A stretch of 32,000 nucleotides of DNA from Vibrio alginolyticus NBRC 15630 = ATCC 17749. GTDB taxonomy: Bacteria > Pseudomonadota > Gammaproteobacteria > Enterobacterales > Vibrionaceae. Under the pieces are notes generated by a model. It saw only the letters and a program-made list of their open reading frames with translations. It was not told where the DNA came from and searched no databases. The DNA lies in contig NC_022349.1 in the NCBI RefSeq assembly GCF_000354175.2, positions 2,880,001-2,912,000 on the forward strand, read 5' to 3'. Made by a program: the position numbers and the translations under genes. Position 1 is the stretch's first letter. Every line of letters starts with the position of its first letter. Shown here piece after piece: positions 8,610 to 17,915 of this stretch.

Positions 8610-8793
8610 GAAAAGGTGAATAAATGTGGGCAATGTCTCACTCTTGTGTTGATAAGGTATGGTTTGATTAAAAGATATCCAAAAATGCTGAAAAGGTAAT
8701 AAATCTTGCTCATATCACATCAGTAAGTTTGCTAGTAATGGGGATATGTGGAAAAATCACGGTAATAAAAAATTTATTCATAGAGGTTAGCCA

Positions 8794-9315
8794 GTGATAG
8801 ATGGCGATGGTTACCGACTTAATGTTGGTATTGTGATATGTAATAACCATGGTCAGGTCTTCTGGGCTAAACGATACGGGCAACACTCATGGCAATTTCC
8901 ACAAGGTGGGATTGACGAAGGTGAAACCCCTGAACAAGCCATGTTCAGGGAGTTATACGAAGAAGTCGGTTTAACGAAAAAAGACGTTAAGATCATTGCA
9001 ACAAGTCGTCATTGGTTAAGATATAAGCTACCAAAGCGATTGGTGCGTTGGGACTCCAAGCCTGTTTGTATCGGCCAAAAACAGAAATGGTTTCTGCTGA
9101 GATTAGAATGCGATGAGTCTCGCATTAATATGCAACGCGGAAAATCCCCTGAATTTGATGGTTGGCGCTGGGTAAGTTACTGGTATCCAGTTAGGCAAGT
9201 TGTTTCTTTCAAGCGAGATGTTTATCGACGAGCGATGAAAGAATTTGCATCCTTAGCCATGCCTTTTCGAGAGAGAAAAGCGAAAGGGAAAAGAAAAAAG
9301 CAACGTAGAGGATAA
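8794..9315 (+). CDS. rppH: RNA pyrophosphohydrolase RppH (NudH), GTG start
   Basis: [17 protein letters not shown]...[29 protein letters not shown] contains the Nudix box and is colinear with E. coli RppH. An SD (agagg) lies upstream of the GTG. Confidence 0.95.
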   Translation: MIDGDGYRLNVGIVICNNHGQVFWAKRYGQHSWQFPQGGIDEGETPEQAMFRELYEEVGLTKKDVKIIATSRHWLRYKLPKRLVRWDSKPVCIGQKQKWFLLRLECDESRINMQRGKSPEFDGWRWVSYWYPVRQVVSFKRDVYRRAMKEFASLAMPFRERKAKGKRKKQRRG

Positions 9316-9317
9316 TC

Positions 9318-11564
9318 ATGCTCAGTCAGCTAAGGGAAATAGTTGAGAAAGTCTCCAGGGTCGATGATGTGCATCTGGCACTCGATATATTGGTGAAAGA
9401 GACTTGTGCTGCCCTTAGTACTGAGTGCTGTACTATCTATCTTGCTAATGAAGAAATGCAGCGCCTTGAGTTAATGGCAACTCAAGGCCTTATTTTTGAA
9501 GGTGATAGTATTCATATCAACTTCAATGAAGGCTTGGTTGGGTTGGTAAAACGAAGCGCTGAACCCCTTAACCTTGCCGAAGCCTCAAAACACCCCGAGT
9601 TCAAATTCTTTCCTCAACTCGGCGAACAGATTTACCACTCTTTTTTAGCTACTCCAATCATTCATCGTAAACAAGTTTTAGGTGTGTTGGTGATCCAACA
9701 AAAAACGCCGCGCTTGTTTAGTGAAATGGAAGAATCGTTTCTTGTTACCTTATCCGCTCAGTTAGCGGTGCTCATTGCACATGCGCAGAATCTTGGGCAT
9801 TGGCAGTTAGCATCTAAACCCACGGTATTAAAAGGTTTGCCTGCGTCTACTGGTGTCGCGATTGGAGAGTTTTGGTTCGACAATACCCAGCCGAGTTTAT
9901 CGGATGTTTTCCCTTCGTCCACGTTAGATAAGGAACGCGAGCACGAGACATTACTGGTGGCCATAGAGCGAGCGTTAAATGACTTTCGCCGTATGCGGAA
10001 AAAGCTGGACAGTGAAATCAACAAAGATGCGCTGGCGATCTTCGATCTGTTTACTCACTTACTGAATGATCCGATGCTTCGCGGTGATTTGAAGAAGCAG
10101 ATTGAAAAAGGAGACAGGGCAGACTGGGCGTTACGCCAAGTTGTAGAGTCATACTCGAATCGATTTGCCAGAATGTCGGATGTATACATGCGTGAAAGAG
10201 CGCAAGATATCCGAGAGTTAGGGCAAAGGCTGCTCTATTTTCTGCACAACAGTGAGCAAGAAAATTCTGCAATTGATCGTCCCATTATTTTGGTGGCGAA
10301 CGAACTCACTGCCACCTTGCTCGCTTCTGTACCTAAAGAGTTTTTGTTAGCCGTCGTATCATTAGAGGGAGGCGCAAACTCTCACGCTGCCATTTTATCT
10401 CGAGCTCTTGGGGTCCCTGCAGTCATGGGCGCCAACATTAATCTGGATGTGGTGAATGGCAAACTCGGGATAGTCGACGGCTATACGGGTGAGATCTTCT
10501 TAGAGCCAAACCGTCAGTTGTTGCGAGAGTATCGCAGCTTAGTAAGCGAAGAGTCTGAATTGTTTGCCATGGTAAACAAGGACCTCGCACTCCCTGCGGT
10601 TACGCAAGATAATCACCATATCGAAATTATGCTGAATGCGGGACTCAGTGCAGACAGTAACATTGCCATCAACACAGGTGTTGATGGTGTTGGGTTGTAC
10701 CGAACTGAGATTGCATTTTTACTTCAGCATCACTTTCCTTCGGAAGATGAGCAGTATCATCAATACCAAGCAATACTTAACAGCTATCCGAATCAACGAG
10801 TAGTGATGCGTACTTTGGATATTGGTGGTGACAAACCTTTGCCGTATTTGCCCATCGAAGAAGATAATCCGTTTCTAGGCTGGCGTGGCATTCGTTTTAC
10901 ATTGGATCATCCAGACATTTTCTTGATCCAGCTGCGTGCAATGTTAAGAGCGAGTGCAGAAAGCGGAAACTTAAGTATCTTATTGCCAATGGTGTCAGGG
11001 GTAAAAGAGCTAGACGATGCCATTAGCTTGATTAATCAAGCTCACAGCGAAGCCGTTTTGCTTGATGATAGTATTCAATTCCCACAAATTGGGGTCATGA
11101 TTGAAGTACCATCGATGGTGTATCTGTTGCCAACGATCGCTCACCGTGTTGATTTTGTTTCTGTCGGGACAAACGATTTAACTCAGTATTTATTAGCGGT
11201 AGATAGGAACAATTCGCGCGTCGCGGATGTCTATGAATCTATGCATCCTGCGGTACTGTTAGCGCTTAAGCAAATCCATGAGGTGTGTGATAAATATCAG
11301 GTGCCCGTGTGTATTTGTGGTGAGCTAGCGGGTGATCCATTTGGCGCTCTTCTCTTACTTGGGTTAGGGTATACCAGTTTGAGTATGAACACCTCCAACG
11401 TGGCTAAGGTGAAATATTTGATTCGTCATAGCCAACAAGAAGAATTAGAAAAATTAGCGGAGCAAGCAATGACAAAGTCCTACGGGGAGGACATTCATCA
11501 AATGATGCATGACTTCTTCATCCAACAGGGTTTTGCGGGCTTTATCCGTGCAGGTAAAAAGTAG
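9318..11564 (+). CDS. ptsP: Phosphoenolpyruvate--protein phosphotransferase PtsP (EI-Ntr) with an N-terminal GAF domain
   Basis: 748 aa with PEP-utilising enzyme motifs (GGANSHAAILSRALGVPAV, FVSVGTNDLTQY). The ATG lies 2 nt after the rppH stop, matching the E. coli rppH-ptsP arrangement. Confidence 0.95.
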   Translation: MLSQLREIVEKVSRVDDVHLALDILVKETCAALSTECCTIYLANEEMQRLELMATQGLIFEGDSIHINFNEGLVGLVKRSAEPLNLAEASKHPEFKFFPQLGEQIYHSFLATPIIHRKQVLGVLVIQQKTPRLFSEMEESFLVTLSAQLAVLIAHAQNLGHWQLASKPTVLKGLPASTGVAIGEFWFDNTQPSLSDVFPSSTLDKEREHETLLVAIERALNDFRRMRKKLDSEINKDALAIFDLFTHLLNDPMLRGDLKKQIEKGDRADWALRQVVESYSNRFARMSDVYMRERAQDIRELGQRLLYFLHNSEQENSAIDRPIILVANELTATLLASVPKEFLLAVVSLEGGANSHAAILSRALGVPAVMGANINLDVVNGKLGIVDGYTGEIFLEPNRQLLREYRSLVSEESELFAMVNKDLALPAVTQDNHHIEIMLNAGLSADSNIAINTGVDGVGLYRTEIAFLLQHHFPSEDEQYHQYQAILNSYPNQRVVMRTLDIGGDKPLPYLPIEEDNPFLGWRGIRFTLDHPDIFLIQLRAMLRASAESGNLSILLPMVSGVKELDDAISLINQAHSEAVLLDDSIQFPQIGVMIEVPSMVYLLPTIAHRVDFVSVGTNDLTQYLLAVDRNNSRVADVYESMHPAVLLALKQIHEVCDKYQVPVCICGELAGDPFGALLLLGLGYTSLSMNTSNVAKVKYLIRHSQQEELEKLAEQAMTKSYGEDIHQMMHDFFIQQGFAGFIRAGKK

Positions 11565-11570
11565 GAAATC

Positions 11571-12362
11571 GTGACCGTCTCTTTATTTTTGTTATTGTTG
11601 GCGCTAGGCGCTTTTGTGGGTGTGATGGCGGGGTTACTCGGTATCGGTGGTGGTTTGATTGTTGTTCCTGCCTTGTTGTATTTGCTTCCTCTTGCTGGGA
11701 TCTCTCCAGAAATGAGTATGCACATGGCCTTAGCCACTTCGTTAGCGAGTATTATTGTCACGTCTGGCTCATCGGCGATGAATCACCTTAAGCTCGGCAA
11801 TGTCGATATGTTTGTCGTAAAATGGTTGATGCCTGGTGTGGTCATTGGTGGCTTTGTTGGTGCCAATATTGCTGAGTGGATCCCTACACACTATTTGCCG
11901 AAAGTGTTTGGTGTCATTGTTCTTTGCCTGTCAGTACAAATGTTTCGTTCCATTAAAGTTACGAGCAGTAAACCTATGCCGAGCAGCCCTGTGACTGTAG
12001 TTTACGGCACGGGAATTGGTGTCGTATCAAGCCTTGCTGGTATTGGTGGTGGCTCACTGTCGGTACCATTTTTAAATAAACATGGGATAGAGATGCGTAA
12101 AGCGGTGGGCTCATCCTCCGTTTGTGGTTGCGTGATTGCTATTTCTGGTATGATCGGCTTCATCTTACATGGCTATAAAGTGGAAGGCTTACCTTCATAC
12201 AGTATTGGCTATGTTTATCTTCCCGCTTTATTAGCGATTGCTATGGCCTCGATGCTCACAACAAAAGTGGGTGCGAAGCTCGCAACTAACCTTCCAACTG
12301 CGGTATTAAAAAAGATATTCGCGGTGTTCTTAATGTTTGTTGCAGCGACCATGCTGCTCTAA
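11571..12362 (+). CDS. TSUP-family (TauE/SafE-like) anion-exporter membrane protein, GTG start
   Basis: 263 aa, polytopic and Gly-rich, with internally repeated halves (GIGGGLIVVP and GIGGGSLSVP). An SD (agga) lies upstream. Confidence 0.8.
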   Translation: MTVSLFLLLLALGAFVGVMAGLLGIGGGLIVVPALLYLLPLAGISPEMSMHMALATSLASIIVTSGSSAMNHLKLGNVDMFVVKWLMPGVVIGGFVGANIAEWIPTHYLPKVFGVIVLCLSVQMFRSIKVTSSKPMPSSPVTVVYGTGIGVVSSLAGIGGGSLSVPFLNKHGIEMRKAVGSSSVCGCVIAISGMIGFILHGYKVEGLPSYSIGYVYLPALLAIAMASMLTTKVGAKLATNLPTAVLKKIFAVFLMFVAATMLL

Positions 12363-12366
12363 GTTT

Positions 12367-12416
12367 GTACCCAAGTCATTCTCGCTGAACCAAGCATCTA
12401 GAGGTTACTTGGGTAT
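12367..12416 (+). repeat. Intergenic palindromic repeat, short copy (tacccaagt...acttgggta)
   Basis: The 9-bp terminal inverted repeat pairs 12368-12376 with 12407-12415. The reverse complement matches 30044-30075 at 29/32 positions and 30127-30137 at 11/11. Confidence 0.55.
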
Positions 12417-12449
12417 ATTTATTTTGTTGTGATAAGAAGAGAATGATTT

Positions 12450-13271
12450 ATGTCTCAGGGATATATTGAATTTCCCAATATTGATCCGGTTTTAATCTCT
12501 ATTGGTCCTGTTTCGGTTCGTTGGTACGGTTTGATGTACCTTGTGGGCTTTATGTTTGCTCTATGGTTAGCGAACCGACGTGCAGATAAGCCTGGAAGTG
12601 GTTGGACACGAGAGCAGGTTTCTGATTTGTTGTTCGCAGGCTTCCTTGGCGTGGTGATTGGTGGCCGTGTAGGCTACGTGCTTTTCTACAATTTTGAGCT
12701 CTTCCTGGCTGACCCTTTGTATCTATTTAAAGTGTGGACCGGTGGTATGTCTTTCCACGGGGGCTTACTGGGTGTGATTACTGCGATGTTCTGGTATGCA
12801 CACAAAAACGGGCGAACTTTCTTCGGTGTTGCTGACTTTATCGCGCCGCTTGTGCCATTTGGTTTGGGTATGGGGCGTTTAGGTAACTTCATGAACAGCG
12901 AGTTGTGGGGCCGAGTAACGGATGTGCCTTGGGCGATCGTTTTCCCAAATGGCGGTCCACTGCCACGTCATCCATCGCAGCTTTATGAAATGGCGCTTGA
13001 AGGTATCGTACTTTTCTTCATCTTGAATTGGTTCATCAAGAAACCTCGTCCTCTAGGTTCTGTTTCAGGGCTATTTTTAGCTGGATATGGTACATTCCGC
13101 TTCTTAGTTGAGTACGTGCGCGAACCAGACGCTCATTTGGGTTTATTCGGTGGCTTTATTTCCATGGGACAGATTTTATCCCTGCCTATGGTGGTTATCG
13201 GTGTCCTCATGATGGTTTGGGCATACAAACGTGGTCATTACAAAGACGAATTACCACAAAAGACGAAGTAA
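12450..13271 (+). CDS. lgt: Phosphatidylglycerol--prolipoprotein diacylglyceryl transferase
   Basis: [27 protein letters not shown]...[10 protein letters not shown]...RHPSQLYE is colinear with E. coli Lgt. Confidence 0.95.
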   Translation: MSQGYIEFPNIDPVLISIGPVSVRWYGLMYLVGFMFALWLANRRADKPGSGWTREQVSDLLFAGFLGVVIGGRVGYVLFYNFELFLADPLYLFKVWTGGMSFHGGLLGVITAMFWYAHKNGRTFFGVADFIAPLVPFGLGMGRLGNFMNSELWGRVTDVPWAIVFPNGGPLPRHPSQLYEMALEGIVLFFILNWFIKKPRPLGSVSGLFLAGYGTFRFLVEYVREPDAHLGLFGGFISMGQILSLPMVVIGVLMMVWAYKRGHYKDELPQKTK

Positions 13272-13280
13272 GGTATTGGT

Positions 13281-14132
13281 GTGAAACAGTATTTAGATTT
13301 GTGTCAACGCATCGTTGACCAAGGTGTTTGGGTTGAAAATGAGCGTACAGGCAAGCGCTGCCTGACCGTAATCAACGCGGATTTAACCTACGATGTTGCG
13401 AACAATCAATTTCCGTTGGTCACCACACGTAAAAGTTTTTGGAAAGCAGCCGTTGCAGAGCTACTAGGGTACATTCGTGGTTACGATAATGCGGAAGATT
13501 TTCGTAAGCTGGGCACGAAAACCTGGGATGCCAATGCCAACCTAAATGATGCCTGGTTGAATAACCCATACCGTAAAGGCGAAGACGACATGGGCCGTGT
13601 CTATGGGGTTCAAGGGCGCGCCTGGGCGAAACCTGATGGTGGTCATGTTGACCAGCTACGTAAGATAGTGGATGACTTAACGCGTGGCGTTGATGACCGC
13701 GGTGAAATCTTGAACTTCTACAACCCGGGTGAGTTCCACATGGGGTGCTTGCGTCCTTGTATGTACAGTCACCATTTTTCATTGCTGGATGATACGCTTT
13801 ACCTGAATAGTACTCAGCGTTCGTGTGATGTACCGCTTGGCTTAAACTTCAATATGGTTCAAGTTTACGTGTTCTTGGCGATTATTGCGCAAATTACGGG
13901 CAAGAAACCTGGTCAGGCATTTCATAAGATTGTGAATGCTCACATTTATGAAGACCAGCTTGAACTGATGCGCGATGTTCAGTTGAAACGTGAGCCATTA
14001 AAAGCGCCGACGTTCCATATCAACCCAGAGATTAAATCTCTAGAAGATTTGGAAACATGGGTCACACTGGATGACTTTTGGGTTGAAGGGTACGAGCATC
14101 ACGATCCTATTCGTTACCCATTCTCAGTGTAA
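13281..14132 (+). CDS. thyA: Thymidylate synthase (283-aa form), GTG start
   Basis: [12 protein letters not shown]..., FPLVTTRK, and the active-site region [10 protein letters not shown]...[13 protein letters not shown]. The lgt-thyA order matches E. coli. Confidence 0.95.
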   Translation: MKQYLDLCQRIVDQGVWVENERTGKRCLTVINADLTYDVANNQFPLVTTRKSFWKAAVAELLGYIRGYDNAEDFRKLGTKTWDANANLNDAWLNNPYRKGEDDMGRVYGVQGRAWAKPDGGHVDQLRKIVDDLTRGVDDRGEILNFYNPGEFHMGCLRPCMYSHHFSLLDDTLYLNSTQRSCDVPLGLNFNMVQVYVFLAIIAQITGKKPGQAFHKIVNAHIYEDQLELMRDVQLKREPLKAPTFHINPEIKSLEDLETWVTLDDFWVEGYEHHDPIRYPFSV

Positions 14133-14156
14133 CGAGTATCGTTCTTCAAGATATAG

Positions 14157-14182
14157 AAAAAGCTCCGAATGGAGCTTTTTTC
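14157..14182. terminator. Bidirectional terminator between thyA and the convergent DUF1704 gene
   Basis: aaaaagctcc-gaat-ggagcttttttc, a GC-containing stem flanked by an A-run and a T-run. Confidence 0.8.
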
Positions 14183-14202
14183 TTTTTTGTACTTAGAAGG
14201 TA

Positions 14203-15345
14203 TTATTTTAGTGCACTGACAATATAACGGTGAATTGGGTTGGTCTGCATCGGTTTGGACAGTGCCGGGCTAATAAACTTAGGTTGAGTGAATATTTCTT
14301 TACTCACTAATGAACGGATAAGCTCAAAGTACTTCAGCTCCGTTTTCCCGCACAACAATAGTGAAAAGTCATCGCCCAATTTATCATAGGCATTGAGCAC
14401 CTCTCGGAATCCTCTAAGATACAAGTAATCCTTCGTTAAACCTCCACCTCGATACACTCGGGCAGTCGTTGTAAATGCTTGAAGATCAGAAGCTTTATAC
14501 TGTTCTTTTAATAGCATGAACGTATGGCGGAAATCGCGATCCTTGATCATCGACTCTACTGCCAGAACTCGTAAGGCTAAGGTTCTTAGGCGCTTGATAC
14601 TGAAATGTCCTGACAGATACTCACATAATATAGCCAGCCCTTCTTGAGTGTTGGTATTGGCAGGACAACCTAAGCTCAGGACTTTTAGCGGTTGTTGACG
14701 ACCGTTAAGCGTAGTCAGGAGATGTACTCCCATTTCATGATGTGCAAGAGCCTCCAGCTCATCAGTGGTGATGTACGCCGCGTGGTTAATTTTGACTCGA
14801 GACCCTGAAACTAGTGCGTTTGCTAACATCCCGTCTAACACCTGTATTTCACATTCATACCCATTGCGTTGAGCAAAATTTTGCATGAAACGTGCTATTG
14901 CACGGCTATCGTGCTGAGGTTCTTTTTCTTCTTCTGTAGGAAGGTGCAATATGAAATGGGCGTTGGCAATATCTTTGGCGCTCGGTTCCCCATAATAGCG
15001 TAAGGAGTTATAAAGAAACTCTTGCGTGCCGATGGTATTCACTTGATCCAGTTTATCTGCATAAGACTGAATTACATCCGCGTATAGCCTCTGCAGTTGG
15101 GTGTCTTGAATGTTTTCTAGAGGTAGCTCATATAGGCGTCGCTTTGCGCTGTGGGTATCTACGTTAGTAATTGAATATTGAAAATTAGGCTCTTGAGAAT
15201 ATTTGTTTTTAATGAAACGTTCTCTTTCTTGAGCATAATTAAGAGGATTCACGCTACTGAGGATATCAATATCAGCAACCAGTTGGGTTAGGTTTTCGTC
15301 TATTGCGAGTAGCTGATCAGAAATAGCGTCATTAAGCTGCGTCAT
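14203..15345 (-). CDS. DUF1704 'QEGLA motif' protein (putative metallo-carboxypeptidase; tyrosine/phenylalanine carboxypeptidase-like family)
   Basis: 380 aa containing TQEGLAILCEY and an HExxxH motif (HEMGVH, nt 14739-14722). An SD (ggag) lies upstream. Confidence 0.8.
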   Translation of the reverse strand: MTQLNDAISDQLLAIDENLTQLVADIDILSSVNPLNYAQERERFIKNKYSQEPNFQYSITNVDTHSAKRRLYELPLENIQDTQLQRLYADVIQSYADKLDQVNTIGTQEFLYNSLRYYGEPSAKDIANAHFILHLPTEEEKEPQHDSRAIARFMQNFAQRNGYECEIQVLDGMLANALVSGSRVKINHAAYITTDELEALAHHEMGVHLLTTLNGRQQPLKVLSLGCPANTNTQEGLAILCEYLSGHFSIKRLRTLALRVLAVESMIKDRDFRHTFMLLKEQYKASDLQAFTTTARVYRGGGLTKDYLYLRGFREVLNAYDKLGDDFSLLLCGKTELKYFELIRSLVSKEIFTQPKFISPALSKPMQTNPIHRYIVSALK

Positions 15346-15436
15346 GTTGTCGACTCCAAATGAGATAGCTCAGCATAAGCATGCTGATGTGGCTCAAATT
15401 ATCACCGGACAATCGATTTGAACAGTTTAATTATCA

Positions 15437-15462
15437 TAAAAAAGGCTCCACGATGTGGAGCC
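15437..15462 (-). terminator. Rho-independent terminator after nptA
   Basis: On the minus strand: ggctccac-atc-gtggagcc followed by tttttt. Confidence 0.8.
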
Positions 15463-15492
15463 TAAACAATAAGCGATGGTATGTCGTTGTTG

Positions 15493-16641
15493 TTACGTTG
15501 TTAGGGCTAGAATTGCACCTGGTAGAATAACGAATACTGACATTAGGTAACCACCAACAACAGCTTTATTCTTAATAGCCATTTCAGAAATCATCTCAGC
15601 GCCTTTAACCGGAATCTCACGTAGGAATGGAATTCCAAAGATAAACAGCGTCGCCATGATGTTAAACACTAAGTGGACTAGAGCGATTTGTAGTGCGAAT
15701 ACTGCGAACTCTCCAGATACCGCTGTCGCTGCTAGTAGTGCCGTAATACAAGTACCAATGTTAGCACCCAGAGTGAAAGGGTAGATATCTCGTACTTTCA
15801 ACACGCCAGTACCAACCAACGGAACCATTAAACTTGTCGTGGTTGAGGAAGATTGTACTAGAACGGTCACGATTGAGCCTGATACGATGCCGTGAATAGG
15901 ACCACGACCGATGGCGTTTTTCAAAATTTCACGTGCGCGACCAACCATTAGGCTCTTCATCAATTTACCCATCACTGTGATTGCAACGAAGATAGTCGCA
16001 ATACCCAAAGCAATAAGCATGACGCCGCCAACAGTATCACCGAAGGTAGAAAGTGGCTCTTTAATTGCGCCTACGACTGGCTTTGTAATTGGTTTAATAA
16101 AGTTGAAGCCCTTAATGCTCATATCACCAGTAGCAAGCAGTGGAGAAACAAGCCAGTGAGAAACTTTCTCTAAAATGCCGAACATCATTTCCAACGGAAG
16201 GAAAATAGCGACAGCAAGCAAGTTGAAGAAGTCGTGAATGGTTGCACTTGCAAATGCACGTTTGAACTCTTCTTTACAGCGCACGTGGCCAAGAGACACA
16301 AGCGTATTGGTCACTGTGGTACCAATGTTAGCACCCATCACCATAGGGATAGCGGTTTCTACAGGTAAGCCACCTGCAACCAAGCCTACAATAATAGACG
16401 TTACAGTACTTGAAGACTGAATTAAGGCTGTTGCCACCAAGCCGATCATGAGACCTGCAACTGGGTGTGCGGCAAATTCAAATAGCACCTTAGCTTGATC
16501 GCCAGTTGCCCATTTAAAGCCACTACCAACCATAGATACTGCTAGAAGAAGCAGATATAACATGAATGCCAAGTTAGCCCAGCGTAACCAACGAGCTGTG
16601 CTCGAAATTGGTGCCACTGTTGAAGTAGCTTGGTTCATCAT
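15493..16641 (-). CDS. nptA: Na+/phosphate cotransporter family protein (NptA-like)
   Basis: 382 aa, polytopic, with the duplicated Na/Pi-cotransporter signature (QSSSTVTSIIVGLV and QSSSTTTSLMVPLV). Same position as V. cholerae nptA from memory. Confidence 0.85.
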   Translation of the reverse strand: MMNQATSTVAPISSTARWLRWANLAFMLYLLLLAVSMVGSGFKWATGDQAKVLFEFAAHPVAGLMIGLVATALIQSSSTVTSIIVGLVAGGLPVETAIPMVMGANIGTTVTNTLVSLGHVRCKEEFKRAFASATIHDFFNLLAVAIFLPLEMMFGILEKVSHWLVSPLLATGDMSIKGFNFIKPITKPVVGAIKEPLSTFGDTVGGVMLIALGIATIFVAITVMGKLMKSLMVGRAREILKNAIGRGPIHGIVSGSIVTVLVQSSSTTTSLMVPLVGTGVLKVRDIYPFTLGANIGTCITALLAATAVSGEFAVFALQIALVHLVFNIMATLFIFGIPFLREIPVKGAEMISEMAIKNKAVVGGYLMSVFVILPGAILALTT

Positions 16642-16714
16642 AATTTTCTCCGTTGACCTTTCAGTTCATTTTTCGGTCTGTAGTTGAATCTGCGGGCGAT
16701 GTTAGAGAACAAAT

Positions 16715-16732
16715 ATTTCAGTAATATTACAG
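16715..16732 (-). promoter_or_regulatory. Candidate Pho box upstream of nptA (CTGTAAT-ATTA-CTGAAAT on the gene strand)
   Basis: Two 7-bp repeats with an 11-bp period match CTGTCAT at 6/7 and 5/7. A TAACAT -10-like hexamer lies 10 nt downstream. The site is 74-91 bp upstream of the ATG. Confidence 0.3.
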
Positions 16733-17024
16733 ATTTCTTGCTGTGAGAGATTTTTATTGTTCTTTTTGATAATGGCGTAAAAGAGGAAGAAAATTAATTT
16801 TTAACCTGTTGATTTTAATGATTAAATTTTGATTTCGTTTTGTTTGGTTTTTGCGTTTTTTTTGTAGAGAAAATGCGCATCAGTTCAACTTTTATGACAG
16901 TATTGACTTTATACTTTCGGTAAAACTTATGCTTTTGTAAGGTATTGTATGGTTTTGTCGAGTTTATTGTTTGTCTCTGTCACATTTGGTATAAAAAGTA
17001 TCACTTTCTTTTCGGGACTCGATC

Positions 17025-17915
17025 ATGTCACATCTAAACTACAACCATCTCTATTATTTCTGGATGGTGTGCAAACAGGGCTCTGTAACTAAGGCGGCTG
17101 ACGCGCTCTTCCTGACACCGCAAACCGTGACAGGACAGATTAAAGCGCTTGAAGAGCGCATGAAAGGAAAGTTAACCAAGCGTAATGGTCGTACAGTTGA
17201 GCCCACTGAGTTAGGTCAGCTTGTGTTTAAGTACGCCGACCGGATGTTCGGTTTGAGCTATGAGATGTTAGATATCGTCAATTACAGCCAGCACTCGAAC
17301 ATTCTATTTGAAGTTGGTGTAGCCGATGCATTATCTAAACGCTTGGTCAGTAAAATACTGATGACGACCGTCCCGGAAGATAACAGTATTCATTTACGCT
17401 GTTATGAATCGACCCACGAACTGCTACTTGAACGCCTTTCTCAGCACAAGCTAGATATGATCCTTTCGGATTGTCCCGTTGATTCTACTCAAAGTCCTGG
17501 CCTTTATAGCAAAAAGTTGGGTGAAAGTAGCATGAGCTTTTTTGCTTCTTCTGAAATTGAAAATGTGCGATTCCCTGAGATCTTGGAACAAAAAAAACTT
17601 CTGATTCCCGCGAGCCGAACGGCTATGGGGCGTAAAGTTATTCAATGGTTTGATCGTCAAGGCCTTCAACCCAATGTGCTAGGGGAGTTTGATGATGTTG
17701 CGTTGATGAAAGCTTTTGCTCGGTACCACGATGATGTGATTTTCTTGGCACCGACCGTATACATGTCGGAGATTGAAGACGACCGAAATTTACAGCTAAT
17801 TGGCCATGTCGATGGGCTAAAAGAAGAGTACTACGTGATTTTTGCGGAACGAATGATCCAACACCCCGCGGTAAAAAATGTTTGTGATGCTGATTTCAGT
17901 CAAATGTTTGAGTAA
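17025..17915 (+). CDS. nhaR: LysR-family transcriptional activator NhaR
   Basis: [46 protein letters not shown]...[12 protein letters not shown] is colinear with E. coli NhaR. Confidence 0.85.
   Translation: MSHLNYNHLYYFWMVCKQGSVTKAADALFLTPQTVTGQIKALEERMKGKLTKRNGRTVEPTELGQLVFKYADRMFGLSYEMLDIVNYSQHSNILFEVGVADALSKRLVSKILMTTVPEDNSIHLRCYESTHELLLERLSQHKLDMILSDCPVDSTQSPGLYSKKLGESSMSFFASSEIENVRFPEILEQKKLLIPASRTAMGRKVIQWFDRQGLQPNVLGEFDDVALMKAFARYHDDVIFLAPTVYMSEIEDDRNLQLIGHVDGLKEEYYVIFAERMIQHPAVKNVCDADFSQMFE

Noticed and set aside
8518-8619. 33-codon hydrophobic ORF (MFIFCFFICFAFDG...) and an 18-codon ORF (8324-8380) inside the mutH-rppH intergenic region
   Set aside because: Neither has a convincing SD, and the T-rich DNA gives Phe-rich translations by default. 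The region is better explained by protein-binding sites. It is worth revisiting only if Ribo-seq shows translation there.
11498-11761. 87-aa minus-strand ORF spanning the ptsP/TSUP junction; also 19331-19522 (-), 20755-21015 (-) and 25483-25743 (-)
   Set aside because: They are antisense to well-supported gene ends or starts and have no SD. They are most simply explained as chance ORFs.
13420-13782. 120-aa antisense ORF within thyA. Similar antisense or alternate-frame ORFs: 49-306, 2433-2636, 2498-2782, 4260-4487, 4315-4611, 4764-5015, 9758-10024, 10051-10272, 12686-12892, 15911-16159, 16238-16420, 17451-17669, 19607-19804, 20207-20422, 21182-21403, 22324-22545, 22716-22907, 23928-24152, 24369-24764, 24389-24571, 26194-26514, 26325-26537, 27317-27544, 27983-28177, 28706-28891, 29333-29515, 29699-29884, 30266-30466, 30605-30862
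   Set aside because: Each overlaps a well-supported conserved CDS on the opposite strand or in another frame. Their compositions are skewed (Ser/Arg/Pro-rich) as expected for antisense reading of coding DNA, and they have no ribosome-binding sites.
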